IMG/VR virus record: IMGVR_UViG_3300037465_000103
Coordinates: 1 to 44,471 of that record
Source of the DNA: a virus
Lineage: Duplodnaviria; Caudoviricetes
Length of the DNA: 44,471 bases
Strand: one strand, 5' to 3'
The notes under the pieces were generated by a model, which did not search any database, was not told the DNA's origin, and worked only from the letters and a program-made list of their open reading frames with translations. Made by a program: the position numbers and the translations under genes. Shown piece after piece: positions 1 through 8,774 of the stretch (its first letter is position 1; each line of letters opens with the position of its first letter).

Positions 1-1
1 T

Positions 2-2638
2 GCCGATGAAATTACTGAAAAATCCGACAACGCCGGAAAGGAACCCGCCGCCACCTCCTCCGCCGGTCGCCCCGCCTCCGCCGAATATCTGTCGCAGCAG
101 TTTCAGGAATGTGCTGGTGAGCAACTCGGTCGCCATTTGCGAAAGCGCGTTGGCGAAGCCTGAAACGAGATTGCTGAAGAACTTCTCCGGCTCGTGAATG
201 AGATCATCGAACGCGCCCTTGACCACGCCGCGCAGATCGCGCCCGAAGTCTTCAAACAACTGGCCCGTGTCCGCCTCATTGAACAAGCCCTTCTTCAACC
301 GCTGGACGTTTGAAAGTTCTTCGCCGAGCAGTCGCAATTGTTCAAGCTCCTGTTTGATCTGCTCGACGCGGCGCGGGTCTTCAGCCAGCAGCGCCATCGC
401 AAGGTCGAGACGGAGCGACGCCTCAAGCTCCTGGCGCATCTCGCGCTGAATTTCGAGAATCCGCTGGCGCGCCTCGCGCTGCGTGATCAGGCCAAGCTCT
501 TCGTCAACTTCGATGCGAGCCGTCGCCGTGTCGAGCTTGTCGCGAATCAACCCTGTACGCCCTGCCGCCTGATGCCGGCGAATCTCTGCCGTGAACGCCT
601 CAGCCTCTTCGCGCGCCCTCCTCTCTTCGGCGGCTCGCTTGGCCAGGCTCTCAAGGTAGGCGTCGAAGTTCGATTGCTGCACATCGCCGAGTTGCCGCTC
701 CAGGATGATCTTCTCTTTTTGCAGTTTGATAAGCTCAGCGTCAATCTTCACGCGCTCCGATTCGGTCTTGGCCACGTTGCGCTTCTGCGTTTCAGCGTTG
801 ATTTCCTGATCAATGAAATCAATCGCGGCCTGCGTCGCGGCCTGCTCGATCCGGGATTTCTCGCGGTAGTAGTCGGTGACGGTAATCAGTCGCTGGTCAT
901 AGGACGCCCTCAGTTCGCGCAGTTCCCGGTCGAGGCGATCTTTTTCGAGGGCGAAGGCGCGCTCATCTTCGGCTTTGCGCAGAGTCGCGAGCGCATCGGC
1001 CAGGGCCTTCGCTTCGCGTTCAGTTTCACGCGCGGCGCGATCTACCGCGCCCTTTTTACCCTCCGTCGCCGTCCTGCCGCGCGGCGTGATCTTGATGCCG
1101 GAAGTCGCCGTGGCAGTGATAGGCACGGGCCCCCGGTCAATTGATTCCAGTAGCGCCAATGCGCTCGGCTTGATCGGGCCTATGGCCGCCGCCCGACGCG
1201 ACGCCTCAATCTGCTCTCCCGTGCGGCGCAGATTGAAGAATCCTTGATCCAGTCGCGTGTCTGTCTCCGCGATCAGTCCCTTTATTTTGGCGATGTCATC
1301 AGTCAGGGACTGAATCTTGATACCAAAGAAATCCAGCGCGCCCGCAAGCCCTTCCTCTATCGCCAGCGTGATCGTGTGCAAACCGCGTAAGAAGGCGGCC
1401 ACGAATAACTCAACCGTGTCTCGCGCGCCGTTGATGGCCAGGTTGATGAAGTTGATGATGTCGCGGAGGTCTTCGAGTTCCTGTTTGAGACTGAAACTGC
1501 CCGTGGTGGCGTCATCCAGGATGCGCGCGATAGAGTCACCCAGATCGGTGAAGGCGGATTCGACTTCATACACCAACGCCCGGTTGGCACGCAGGAAGTC
1601 GCCGAGGTCTTTGAGCGCTTCGAGAATATCGTCAATCGTATCGAAGGCCCGCGACGCCGCGCCCGTAGCCAGATCATCGAAGAATTCCGCAACCGGCTTG
1701 AGCCTGGCGTCAATGTCCAGGGCCTGCGTGTCAATCACCTTATCAAGCACGCCCTGCAATCGCGTGGTAATTGTAGCGAACGCCCGGTCGGTACTCGCGC
1801 CGGCGAACACATCGAACGCTTCGCGCGCGTTGCTGGTCACGCCAGCGAAGGTCTTGGCCACACGCTCGCCACTGGCCCGGAAGACTTCAAGCCGCTTGTT
1901 CAATTCTTCAGCCAACGTGCCCTGCTCTTTCCAGTTCGCCACCATCGCATTCGTGATGCCGAGAGCCTTCGCGATGCGGGCGTTCTGGTCAATCGTCCCC
2001 TCCAAGATCGTGCGGACTTCCTGGCTGATCTGTTGATAGGGGACTTTGAGCGCGCCCGCGGCCTGTACGATGTCAATCGTGAAGCCCCTGATCTGATCGA
2101 GCGTCAGCCCCGCCGCCGATCCCGCGCCGATGGCCTGTTGGAAGGCGTCAACAAGAGTCTCGGTCGTTGCGGCGGTTTGCAGACCAGCGATCCTCAGCTT
2201 CTGCATTTGCTCCGTGGCGAGAGGGATCGCGGCGTTGAGGGCATCCACGCCCTTCAATTCGACATCGCCCTGCTTCAGCGTGTTCAAGCTGGCGATAAGC
2301 GCGGCAATGCCGAGCGTGGAAGATTCGAGAGTTGAATTGACCTCAATACCCCGCTTGGCGAGCAATACCATCGCCCCGGCCAGCGTGCCCAATGCGGCCC
2401 CGGCGGCAATGGCCACACCTTTAACCAGATTGAGGCTGGTGGCGAATTGGGCCGTGGCGCCGTTGGCGTTCATCAGATAGCCTGAGACGAGCGACGCCGA
2501 ACCGCCGACCTTGTTGAACGCCACGACGGTTGAATCAGCCTGCTTTTCGAGGCGATTCAAGAGCGCCAGCATCCGATTGGCGTTGGCCTCGGCTTGCCTG
2601 GACTCAATTGCGAGGCCAATTACAATGAGGTCTGCCAT
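2..2638 (-). CDS. Tail tape measure protein (3' part runs off the left edge)
   Basis: ATG at 2638 with GGAGG RBS (MADLIVIGLAIESRQAEANANRML...). The same frame reads ...IFGGGGATGGGGGGGFLSGVVGFFSNFIG at the window edge. Long Ala-rich helical protein, absent from the ORF track because it has no stop in the window. Confidence 0.85.
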   Translation of the reverse strand, partial: MADLIVIGLAIESRQAEANANRMLALLNRLEKQADSTVVAFNKVGGSASLVSGYLMNANGATAQFATSLNLVKGVAIAAGAALGTLAGAMVLLAKRGIEVNSTLESSTLGIAALIASLNTLKQGDVELKGVDALNAAIPLATEQMQKLRIAGLQTAATTETLVDAFQQAIGAGSAAGLTLDQIRGFTIDIVQAAGALKVPYQQISQEVRTILEGTIDQNARIAKALGITNAMVANWKEQGTLAEELNKRLEVFRASGERVAKTFAGVTSNAREAFDVFAGASTDRAFATITTRLQGVLDKVIDTQALDIDARLKPVAEFFDDLATGAASRAFDTIDDILEALKDLGDFLRANRALVYEVESAFTDLGDSIARILDDATTGSFSLKQELEDLRDIINFINLAINGARDTVELFVAAFLRGLHTITLAIEEGLAGALDFFGIKIQSLTDDIAKIKGLIAETDTRLDQGFFNLRRTGEQIEASRRAAAIGPIKPSALALLESIDRGPVPITATATSGIKITPRGRTATEGKKGAVDRAARETEREAKALADALATLRKAEDERAFALEKDRLDRELRELRASYDQRLITVTDYYREKSRIEQAATQAAIDFIDQEINAETQKRNVAKTESERVKIDAELIKLQKEKIILERQLGDVQQSNFDAYLESLAKRAAEERRAREEAEAFTAEIRRHQAAGRTGLIRDKLDTATARIEVDEELGLITQREARQRILEIQREMRQELEASLRLDLAMALLAEDPRRVEQIKQELEQLRLLGEELSNVQRLKKGLFNEADTGQLFEDFGRDLRGVVKGAFDDLIHEPEKFFSNLVSGFANALSQMATELLTSTFLKLLRQIFGGGGATGGGGGGGFLSGVVGFFSNFIG

Positions 2639-2728
2639 GGATCCTCCGTTCTCACGCGCCTTGACATCGCGGAATAACCGGGCTGAGAATGCGCGCGCCG
2701 CAGCCCCCATCTATTCAAGGAGAGTGTT

Positions 2729-3157
2729 ATGAAAATTCTTGTCGGCGTCATTCTCGGCTTCTTCTCCGGCTTTCTGATTTATCTGATGGGCGCGATGATC
2801 GTCATCGGCCCGGGGCGCGCTTCAAATACACGCGCCTGGCCCGCGCTCGTCTTCGTCCTGCTCATCGGCGGTTGGATCGCATCGAGCTGGCTCTTGATCC
2901 GTGGCGCGCAATCAACCGCCAAGGTCTGCGCTCGCGGGTTTCTGCTCGGCGCCGCCGAATGGCTGGCGATGATCTTCATCGGCGCGGTCTTTATGGGGCG
3001 CGCCGCGAGTGAGACCGCAGGGGCATCAGCACCGACTGCGGGCGGGATTGCTTCGATCATCACGGGGGCTTTTTCGTTTGCGATGGCGATCATCTGTCTT
3101 ACCTGCTACGCCATCACGCGTCTGCTCGCGCGCGAGATGAAGCCTGAGCGGTCTTAA
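2729..3157 (+). CDS. Small multi-pass membrane protein (moron-like, opposite strand)
   Basis: 142 aa with about 4 hydrophobic segments and an AAGGAG RBS. Oriented against the late operon. Confidence 0.75.
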   Translation: MKILVGVILGFFSGFLIYLMGAMIVIGPGRASNTRAWPALVFVLLIGGWIASSWLLIRGAQSTAKVCARGFLLGAAEWLAMIFIGAVFMGRAASETAGASAPTAGGIASIITGAFSFAMAIICLTCYAITRLLAREMKPERS

Positions 3158-4866
3158 TATACAAAGACCGATGCGCGCAAAGTGCCGCTTCCCAAATCAA
3201 GCGTCGAGCCGGTCTTATTGAACAGTGTTACCGTCGCCGTGCCTGATGCCGTCACGGAACACGATAGGATTGCGCCGGCGGGCACGGCGACACTGAAGCC
3301 GGCTATGCACGGATCGCCCACTGATGAGGTAATCGTAAGCGTGGTGGAGGTCATCGCGCCATCAGCAATACTCGCCGGGTCCCAAGTGGTGGTAACTGAC
3401 CAATGCCTCTTGATATAGGTATTGCCGCTTGTGCCAATATCAACCCAGCCGAAGCGGGACGCCATCGTTGAGTCAGCGGCATAGAAAGCAAAATTGTTCG
3501 TAGTATCGCCATCGCCCTGCTGAGCGTAGAACCCATAATAATTGGTAAGCGCGCCGGGGCTGACCGCAGGCGTCTCCGCCTTGAAGCCATAGTAATTCGT
3601 CGTCGTACCGGCGGAGAACGTCGAGGTTGAATTGAAGGAGACCGTGTCTGCGACCGTGCCCGTATTCGTCACAGAGATGTTGCCGGTCGCGCCGCCCATC
3701 ACCGTAATATTGCCCGTGCCGGTCTTCGATGCGGAACTGAATAGTCCGACCGGCGCTAAGGCCGTTCCCGATCCCGCATGTGTTGAGATGAAGTTGCCCG
3801 CATAATCGACGCCGTTGTAATTCTGCGAGCCTGCCGACGTGAGACTGGCGGAGACAGCAGCATGGTTGTTGTTTGTCGCGGAGCCGAAATTCAGCGTGTA
3901 GGCGTGTTGCGTGCCTTTCACCGAAAGCGAATTGTCAGTGAAAGTCTCAACAAAGTTGGCCGTGATATAGGGAAAACCGACCGACGAGCCTGACCCAGCG
4001 GCGATGCGCGATGATGCGCGCAATGAGCCAGCCGCCGTCACCGCCCCTGCCGATTCGCTCAGGATGGAGTTGCCGACGGACGTGGCGCCGGTGAACCGCG
4101 GCAAGTTGCCGGTCGTGCCTGAGCCGAATATCCCACTCGTTCCCGCCGCGATGTCAAACCAGTTCGTCCCGTCGTTGCTGTATTGAACCGTCAGCGTTGA
4201 GCCGTTCCACCGGATGCCCGGCTTGTTGGAGTCATTGCTGAACAAGAGCGTCATCGTATTGCCGCTCTTCGCTGTGCCATTGCCGATGTTGAAGCTAAGG
4301 CCATTGATGCCCGTCAGAGCCTGCCACGCGCTCGTACCCGTGCCAGTGCCGACAAGGAAGGTGTTTGCCGTGGGCGTCGAAGACGCCGAGCCTATCTTCG
4401 TCTGCGTCGCTATGATCGCGTCGCGGAGTGATTGTTGATGGCAACTGATGATGTTGCCACGGACGACCGAGCCGTTCGACTGCGCGCTCGCCGACGTGCC
4501 GCACTGCCCACGGATCAGGCCCGTCAGAGTGTTCATGCTCTTCCCTGTGTAATAGATAATCTCGGCGTTGATCGTGATGGCGCCACTGCTGGGGAACGTC
4601 GCGCCGCTGGTCAGCACGAGAGATGTGTCGCCTGAACCGATGCCGCCGTTGAGCGTAGACGTGGAGCGGTTCGCAGTCTCAAAAAGCGACACTGATGTGT
4701 CGAGGTTCGTCGGGAATCTAACTGTTCCGGGTGTTTGAGCATAGACAGGTTCGGCAATGGCGCACAGCGCGAGAATCAGGAATCCCTTGATAAGCGCCCG
4801 CCGAACAAAGGCCACCATCAGCCCGGCGCCCGCCAGTACCGCAAGAATCGAAACAATCACTTTCAT
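3154..4866 (-). CDS. Tail fibre / receptor-binding-like protein with hydrophobic, signal-like N-terminus
   Basis: 570 aa, G/S/T/N-rich beta-type sequence directly after the tail hub gene. GGAGGGAG RBS. Confidence 0.7.
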   Translation of the reverse strand: MKVIVSILAVLAGAGLMVAFVRRALIKGFLILALCAIAEPVYAQTPGTVRFPTNLDTSVSLFETANRSTSTLNGGIGSGDTSLVLTSGATFPSSGAITINAEIIYYTGKSMNTLTGLIRGQCGTSASAQSNGSVVRGNIISCHQQSLRDAIIATQTKIGSASSTPTANTFLVGTGTGTSAWQALTGINGLSFNIGNGTAKSGNTMTLLFSNDSNKPGIRWNGSTLTVQYSNDGTNWFDIAAGTSGIFGSGTTGNLPRFTGATSVGNSILSESAGAVTAAGSLRASSRIAAGSGSSVGFPYITANFVETFTDNSLSVKGTQHAYTLNFGSATNNNHAAVSASLTSAGSQNYNGVDYAGNFISTHAGSGTALAPVGLFSSASKTGTGNITVMGGATGNISVTNTGTVADTVSFNSTSTFSAGTTTNYYGFKAETPAVSPGALTNYYGFYAQQGDGDTTNNFAFYAADSTMASRFGWVDIGTSGNTYIKRHWSVTTTWDPASIADGAMTSTTLTITSSVGDPCIAGFSVAVPAGAILSCSVTASGTATVTLFNKTGSTLDLGSGTLRASVFVY

Positions 4867-4880
4867 AAATCTCCCTCCAA

Positions 4881-6848
4881 CTATCCGCCCGGCGTGAATG
4901 CGACGCTGAGCGCGTCGTCAACATCCTGCCCGAACGTTACTGCTTTGAATTGATAGGTCGTGCCGAGTTCGTTCGCGTTGATTTGCACGCGGCGCACTGC
5001 CGCATCCACCAAGACGAACCGCTCACTGATCTGATGACTGCCCGCTTGCCCCGACGTGGAGCGTAAGCCCCTGTCGAGGTAGGACAGTCTGTAGAGATTT
5101 GGCCTTACCTCCGGATCTGGCCGCGTCACGTCGCGGAACTGAATCGCCTCACCGCCGAGCACGCACAGATTGACCGTCTCGGTCGCGTCAAAGTCGTCCT
5201 GCGTGATGCTCGCAAGCGTCCCGTTCGTCAACTCCACATCCACCGTATTTGTCTGATCAACGCCCGAACCCGCCGCAAGCTGCGTCACGGCGCGTCCGAT
5301 CGTTGCGGGCGCCGTGGCCGACAGCAGGGCTTGATACTGCCCCTCGTCTCCCAACTGCCTGTAGAGAGTGAAGCCCTCCCATGTCTCGTTATTGCCCATC
5401 GGCGCTCCCGCCGCGTAAAAGCCCGTCGTGCCGGAGTCGGCGTCAACAAGCGCGGGAACGTGCGAGAGCCATAGGTCTGTATCGTCGGGCGCGTAAACAG
5501 TGTTCGCCGTGACCGGGCCACCCTGTCCAGGATCGCCCTCGCCGTCCTGGTCGTAAGCCTCTGCAATCTGGCGCGCGCCCTTGATCGTGATCACGCCCGG
5601 CGCCGGAAACTCCATCTCCGCAATATGAATGTCGAGCGTCGCGCCCGCTGGCGTCGTGATCGTTACGACATCGCCCGGAGAGAGCCACAGGTAATCGCTC
5701 GGCAGGGTGAACTGAACCGGCATCCGCTCTGTCCAGGCGGTGATGGCTTCGATCTTTGCGATGCGGTCGGCTGTGTCGGCGTCGAGGGCGAGTTGCAAAC
5801 TGATCGTCGCCACACTGTCCCCGCCGTAGACCTCACGCCCGAAGCCTTGCGTGTTCGGTTCGTAATTGCGCGCGATGTCGTGATACGTGACCTCGACGCG
5901 GCGCGCAATCTCCTGATCTTGACGGCGCGACATCTGAAGGCGAGGGGCCTGCCCCTGATCACGCCCTTCCTGATACGAACCGAGATCGTCATACGGAATG
6001 ACCGCGACGGCGGTATGAGGTCTTTGCAGCGCCTTCACCTTGCCGTCAACTTCCACGAACTCCAACTGAAACGCCGTGGCCAGTTGCTCAAGAGATGATC
6101 GTGGCTGCGTGACCGCCTGAAACCAGCATCCGTGAAGCGTGGCGTCAACCTCGCTCACATCAATCTCGTCTTCGGTCAACCCGCCGAAGATCATCTCCGC
6201 CCGGATAATCTCGCCGACATCGGTTGTCGGATGAACAACCCTGCACGTGAAGTTCGGGATGCGGTTCCCGTATCTGTCGAGCACAAAATCCCACAACTCG
6301 AAACCTGCGAAGCCTCGATGCGCCGTCGCGTTACCCGCGCCCCGCTCCGCCTCGACCTTTGCGCTCGGCTCCTGCGTCTCCGTGCCGAGGAAGATGCGCC
6401 CGCCGGAAGCTCCGGCGATGTTGATCGTGACTTCGTTGCCCGTCGCGGCGCCGGAATAGATCAACTCATCATCAGCGTAGATTTCCGTGATGCCGGAGAT
6501 TGGCCCCGTCGCCGCGCAGTCCGAAACCAAGACCATCAATGAACAGGAATAACTGTAGGAGATGACATCGGGGGTGCGGCGTTTGCCGCCCTGGCCGCGC
6601 TGGACGGTCTGCGTCTCCTTGATGTCGGTCGCCCAGACGACCTGACCTGCGACATTGCCCATCGTTCCGTAGATACGGGTGAATGGCTGGCCGTATTCGG
6701 AGAGCTGGACGCGGATGTCTTGTTGCTTGTTGATCTCCTGCGCCTTGGGCTTCGGCGCAAGTTTCGCGGCAATAATGGACAGGCCAACACTAGCCGCCGT
6801 CGAGATGGCAGTTACAATCAAAGCTCCGACTAAGGTCTCAATGCCCAT
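4881..6848 (-). CDS. GTA-like tail tip/hub (host-specificity) protein
   Basis: 655 aa with motifs YGQPFTRIYGT, AHRGFA, YGNRIPNFT and LSPGDV typical of GTA/siphophage tail-tip proteins. Follows NlpC/P60. Confidence 0.85.
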   Translation of the reverse strand: MGIETLVGALIVTAISTAASVGLSIIAAKLAPKPKAQEINKQQDIRVQLSEYGQPFTRIYGTMGNVAGQVVWATDIKETQTVQRGQGGKRRTPDVISYSYSCSLMVLVSDCAATGPISGITEIYADDELIYSGAATGNEVTINIAGASGGRIFLGTETQEPSAKVEAERGAGNATAHRGFAGFELWDFVLDRYGNRIPNFTCRVVHPTTDVGEIIRAEMIFGGLTEDEIDVSEVDATLHGCWFQAVTQPRSSLEQLATAFQLEFVEVDGKVKALQRPHTAVAVIPYDDLGSYQEGRDQGQAPRLQMSRRQDQEIARRVEVTYHDIARNYEPNTQGFGREVYGGDSVATISLQLALDADTADRIAKIEAITAWTERMPVQFTLPSDYLWLSPGDVVTITTPAGATLDIHIAEMEFPAPGVITIKGARQIAEAYDQDGEGDPGQGGPVTANTVYAPDDTDLWLSHVPALVDADSGTTGFYAAGAPMGNNETWEGFTLYRQLGDEGQYQALLSATAPATIGRAVTQLAAGSGVDQTNTVDVELTNGTLASITQDDFDATETVNLCVLGGEAIQFRDVTRPDPEVRPNLYRLSYLDRGLRSTSGQAGSHQISERFVLVDAAVRRVQINANELGTTYQFKAVTFGQDVDDALSVAFTPGG

Positions 6849-7038
6849 TACTTCTTTTCTTTCGGTTCTATAACTACGCGCACGGAATCTTCGGTCTCAT
6901 CCTCGAAGCGCAGCCGGTGCTTGCGCTTGTTGAGTGTGAACTCTTTGAGGATGCCAGCGTCAATCGCCCGCTCAGCCTCTTTGTTTCCACGTTCGGCTGA
7001 GCGTGGCTCCATTGAAGCTCCGTTTTGGTGATAATCAT
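6848..7038 (-). pseudogene. Small gene interrupted by a CRISPR repeat (reconstructed 51 aa MIITKTEKEAERAIDAG...)
   Basis: GGAGGTGA SD then ATG at 7038. The downstream frame KEAERAIDAGILKEF...KEKK ends in TAA overlapping the hub ATG (TAATG). Removing 35 nt of the repeat restores the frame. An alternative in-frame ATG lies inside the repeat at 7012. Confidence 0.5.
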
Positions 7039-7093
7039 TTGTTGTCACCTCCGGGGCGTTTCCACGTTCGGCTGAGCGTGGCTCCATTGAAGC
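6983..7093 (+). CRISPR. Minimal CRISPR array: two identical 36-bp repeats and one 39-bp spacer, type I-G(I-U)-like repeat, no cas genes
   Basis: GTTTCCACGTTCGGCTGAGCGTGGCTCCATTGAAGC at 6983-7018 and 7058-7093, with internal hairpin CCACG..CGTGG and an ATTGAAGC 3' end. Spacer 7019-7057. Confidence 0.85.
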
Positions 7094-7527
7094 TCCACTC
7101 CTCGGAAGCGCCAAGCGGAGACGATCCGCTCGCGGAAATAATCATCGAGCCTGTGTTCCACCACGCGCGCGATGTCGCTGTGCGGATGCACGTGGCAGAG
7201 GCCGAAGTCGGTTACAAAGCCCATATGCTGGGGCGTTCGAGTCTTCAGGCTGAAACAGAAAATCAGGATGTCGCCGGGTCGGGCGTCTTCGACGGGGATT
7301 TGATCAAGATGCTTTGTCAGTTCGGCGAAGATGCGCGGATGCGGTCGCGGCGCGTGCGCGGGAATGTTGAAATCCGGCGCGACGTAGCCGAGCGCGACGG
7401 CCACGGCGATGATATGCTGTGAACAATCCACGCCGGCGCCTTTGGCGCGCCCCAGATGCTCGTATGGCGTGCCGATCCACGATCTGGCCTCAGTGACGAT
7501 CTGTTGTCGCGTGATTCGTTGCATCAT
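7045..7527 (-). CDS. NlpC/P60 family tail-associated peptidase
   Basis: ARSWIGTPY, GVDCS, PGDIL and HMGF...VH motifs. The C-terminus reads through CRISPR repeat 2 in frame. Confidence 0.9.
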   Translation of the reverse strand: MMQRITRQQIVTEARSWIGTPYEHLGRAKGAGVDCSQHIIAVAVALGYVAPDFNIPAHAPRPHPRIFAELTKHLDQIPVEDARPGDILIFCFSLKTRTPQHMGFVTDFGLCHVHPHSDIARVVEHRLDDYFRERIVSAWRFRGVELQWSHAQPNVETPRR

Positions 7528-7643
7528 TTAGGGCATTTACAACCGCACTGCCAACAATGTTTGCATTTTGCGCATCTGCCGGGAGCGCCACATTTAACAC
7601 AGAAGCCCCCTCGCCCAATGAGATTGAATAATCGTTTCAACAT
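7524..7643 (-). CDS. 39-aa cysteine-rich peptide (MLKRLFNLIGRGGFCVKCGAPGRCAKCKHCWQCGCKCPK)
   Basis: GAAAGGAG RBS, 8 Cys, and an ATGA overlap with the NlpC/P60 start. Below the ORF-track length cutoff. Confidence 0.65.
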   Translation of the reverse strand: MLKRLFNLIGRGGFCVKCGAPGRCAKCKHCWQCGCKCPK

Positions 7644-7654
7644 TGATTCTCCTT

Positions 7655-7864
7655 TCATAGTTCTATCGGCCATTGCTCATCATCCTTAGCGCTCTCTGGT
7701 TTGTTCTGCGCGCCCAGCGCCTCTACGCGCCGATTCGCTCGCGCTTGTCGCTCCCACCATAGCGCCCGCTCGCTTGCCACGCCGGCGATATGCCCGACAC
7801 AGCAACCGATACTGAAGATGATCAGAAAGATGGCCATCAGATAAACGCAGTCAGCCCAGTTCAT
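7655..7864 (-). CDS. Small protein with N-terminal TM helix
   Basis: 69 aa with hydrophobic N-terminus and GAGGT RBS. Tightly packed in the operon. Confidence 0.6.
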   Translation of the reverse strand: MNWADCVYLMAIFLIIFSIGCCVGHIAGVASERALWWERQARANRRVEALGAQNKPESAKDDEQWPIEL

Positions 7865-7866
7865 AG

Positions 7867-8742
7867 TTACCTCACAGTTAGTAACTTCCGCATCCCGATG
7901 ATAAATGGCTCAAAACGCCCATTCAGCACATTGCGATATTCTTGGCACTTCCCATAAGTCCGCGAACATCCGGCCTGCACTGTGAACACATCGCCGACCG
8001 CGAAGGGCGCGAGCAACGGCTCTTGCACGATGATGACGCCCGACGCCCCGCCACTGTCCAGCGTGTATCGCTTCACTTCAATCGAAAGCCCCGCATTATT
8101 TCCACCGGTGAACGCAAGCTTGCCATTGTCGAAGAAGCCAGACGGATGCGGGCACGTGAACTGAAAACTCAGATTGCCAGTGATCGCTGTAATGGCCTGC
8201 CCTGAGAGTGTGAGTGGTAGGCCATTGGCGGGATGATTGCCGCTTAAGTCCAGTCCGCATTGCGCATCGCCAAATTGCTTGACGCGGCAGCGCGGCGACG
8301 TGACCGCGCCCACCTGACGCCCAAGCAGCGCGCTAAGGCTGCCCAGTTGCGCCGTGAAGACCTGATCTACAAGGCGAAGCTCATAGACCCGGCCCGCGAG
8401 CAGAATCATCTTGCCGTAGTCCAGACGCTCGTAATCAACGATGAAAAGTTCGTGACGGGCAGAGTCATATTTGCCGCCAATCACATCGCTCTCCGTGATC
8501 ACCTGATCGTCAAGCAGGCCACTGGCGTCGAGATTGTCAACGGAGAGGCCGGTCTTCGATTGAAGCGCCGTGACATGCATTCCGGGCGAAGCGCGATAGG
8601 TCAGGCCGTCGAAGTCCAGATCGAAGGGATGGCGCGTGAAGCCGAGCATAGCGCCGGCCTTCGGCGTAACTTTGAGCATCAACGTGACGGTCGCCATCTC
8701 GCTCTGAATGCTCGCCTTCAATCTGTCGTCAATGCTTCTCAT
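7867..8742 (-). CDS. DUF2163 / BR0599-type tail (baseplate hub) protein
   Basis: LGFT..DL.FDG.TY, LSVDNLD, CR..FGD..CGLDL and GD.F...AGC...C motifs. Confidence 0.9.
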   Translation of the reverse strand: MRSIDDRLKASIQSEMATVTLMLKVTPKAGAMLGFTRHPFDLDFDGLTYRASPGMHVTALQSKTGLSVDNLDASGLLDDQVITESDVIGGKYDSARHELFIVDYERLDYGKMILLAGRVYELRLVDQVFTAQLGSLSALLGRQVGAVTSPRCRVKQFGDAQCGLDLSGNHPANGLPLTLSGQAITAITGNLSFQFTCPHPSGFFDNGKLAFTGGNNAGLSIEVKRYTLDSGGASGVIIVQEPLLAPFAVGDVFTVQAGCSRTYGKCQEYRNVLNGRFEPFIIGMRKLLTVR

Positions 8743-8774
8743 ATGATCATATAAATAGCATCAAATTTAACCTA

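Noticed and set aside
6-2732. Numerous + strand ORFs (e.g. 338..1144, 1317..2036)
   Set aside because: Shadow ORFs antisense to the tape measure gene, with no RBS or protein-like character.
3154-4866. Diversity-generating retroelement target in the fibre gene
   Set aside because: No reverse transcriptase and no template/variable repeat pair seen in the window.
6850-6982. Region upstream of repeat 1 as a CRISPR leader
   Set aside because: Better explained as coding sequence coupled to the hub gene. No clear promoter seen, though weak leader function is not excluded.
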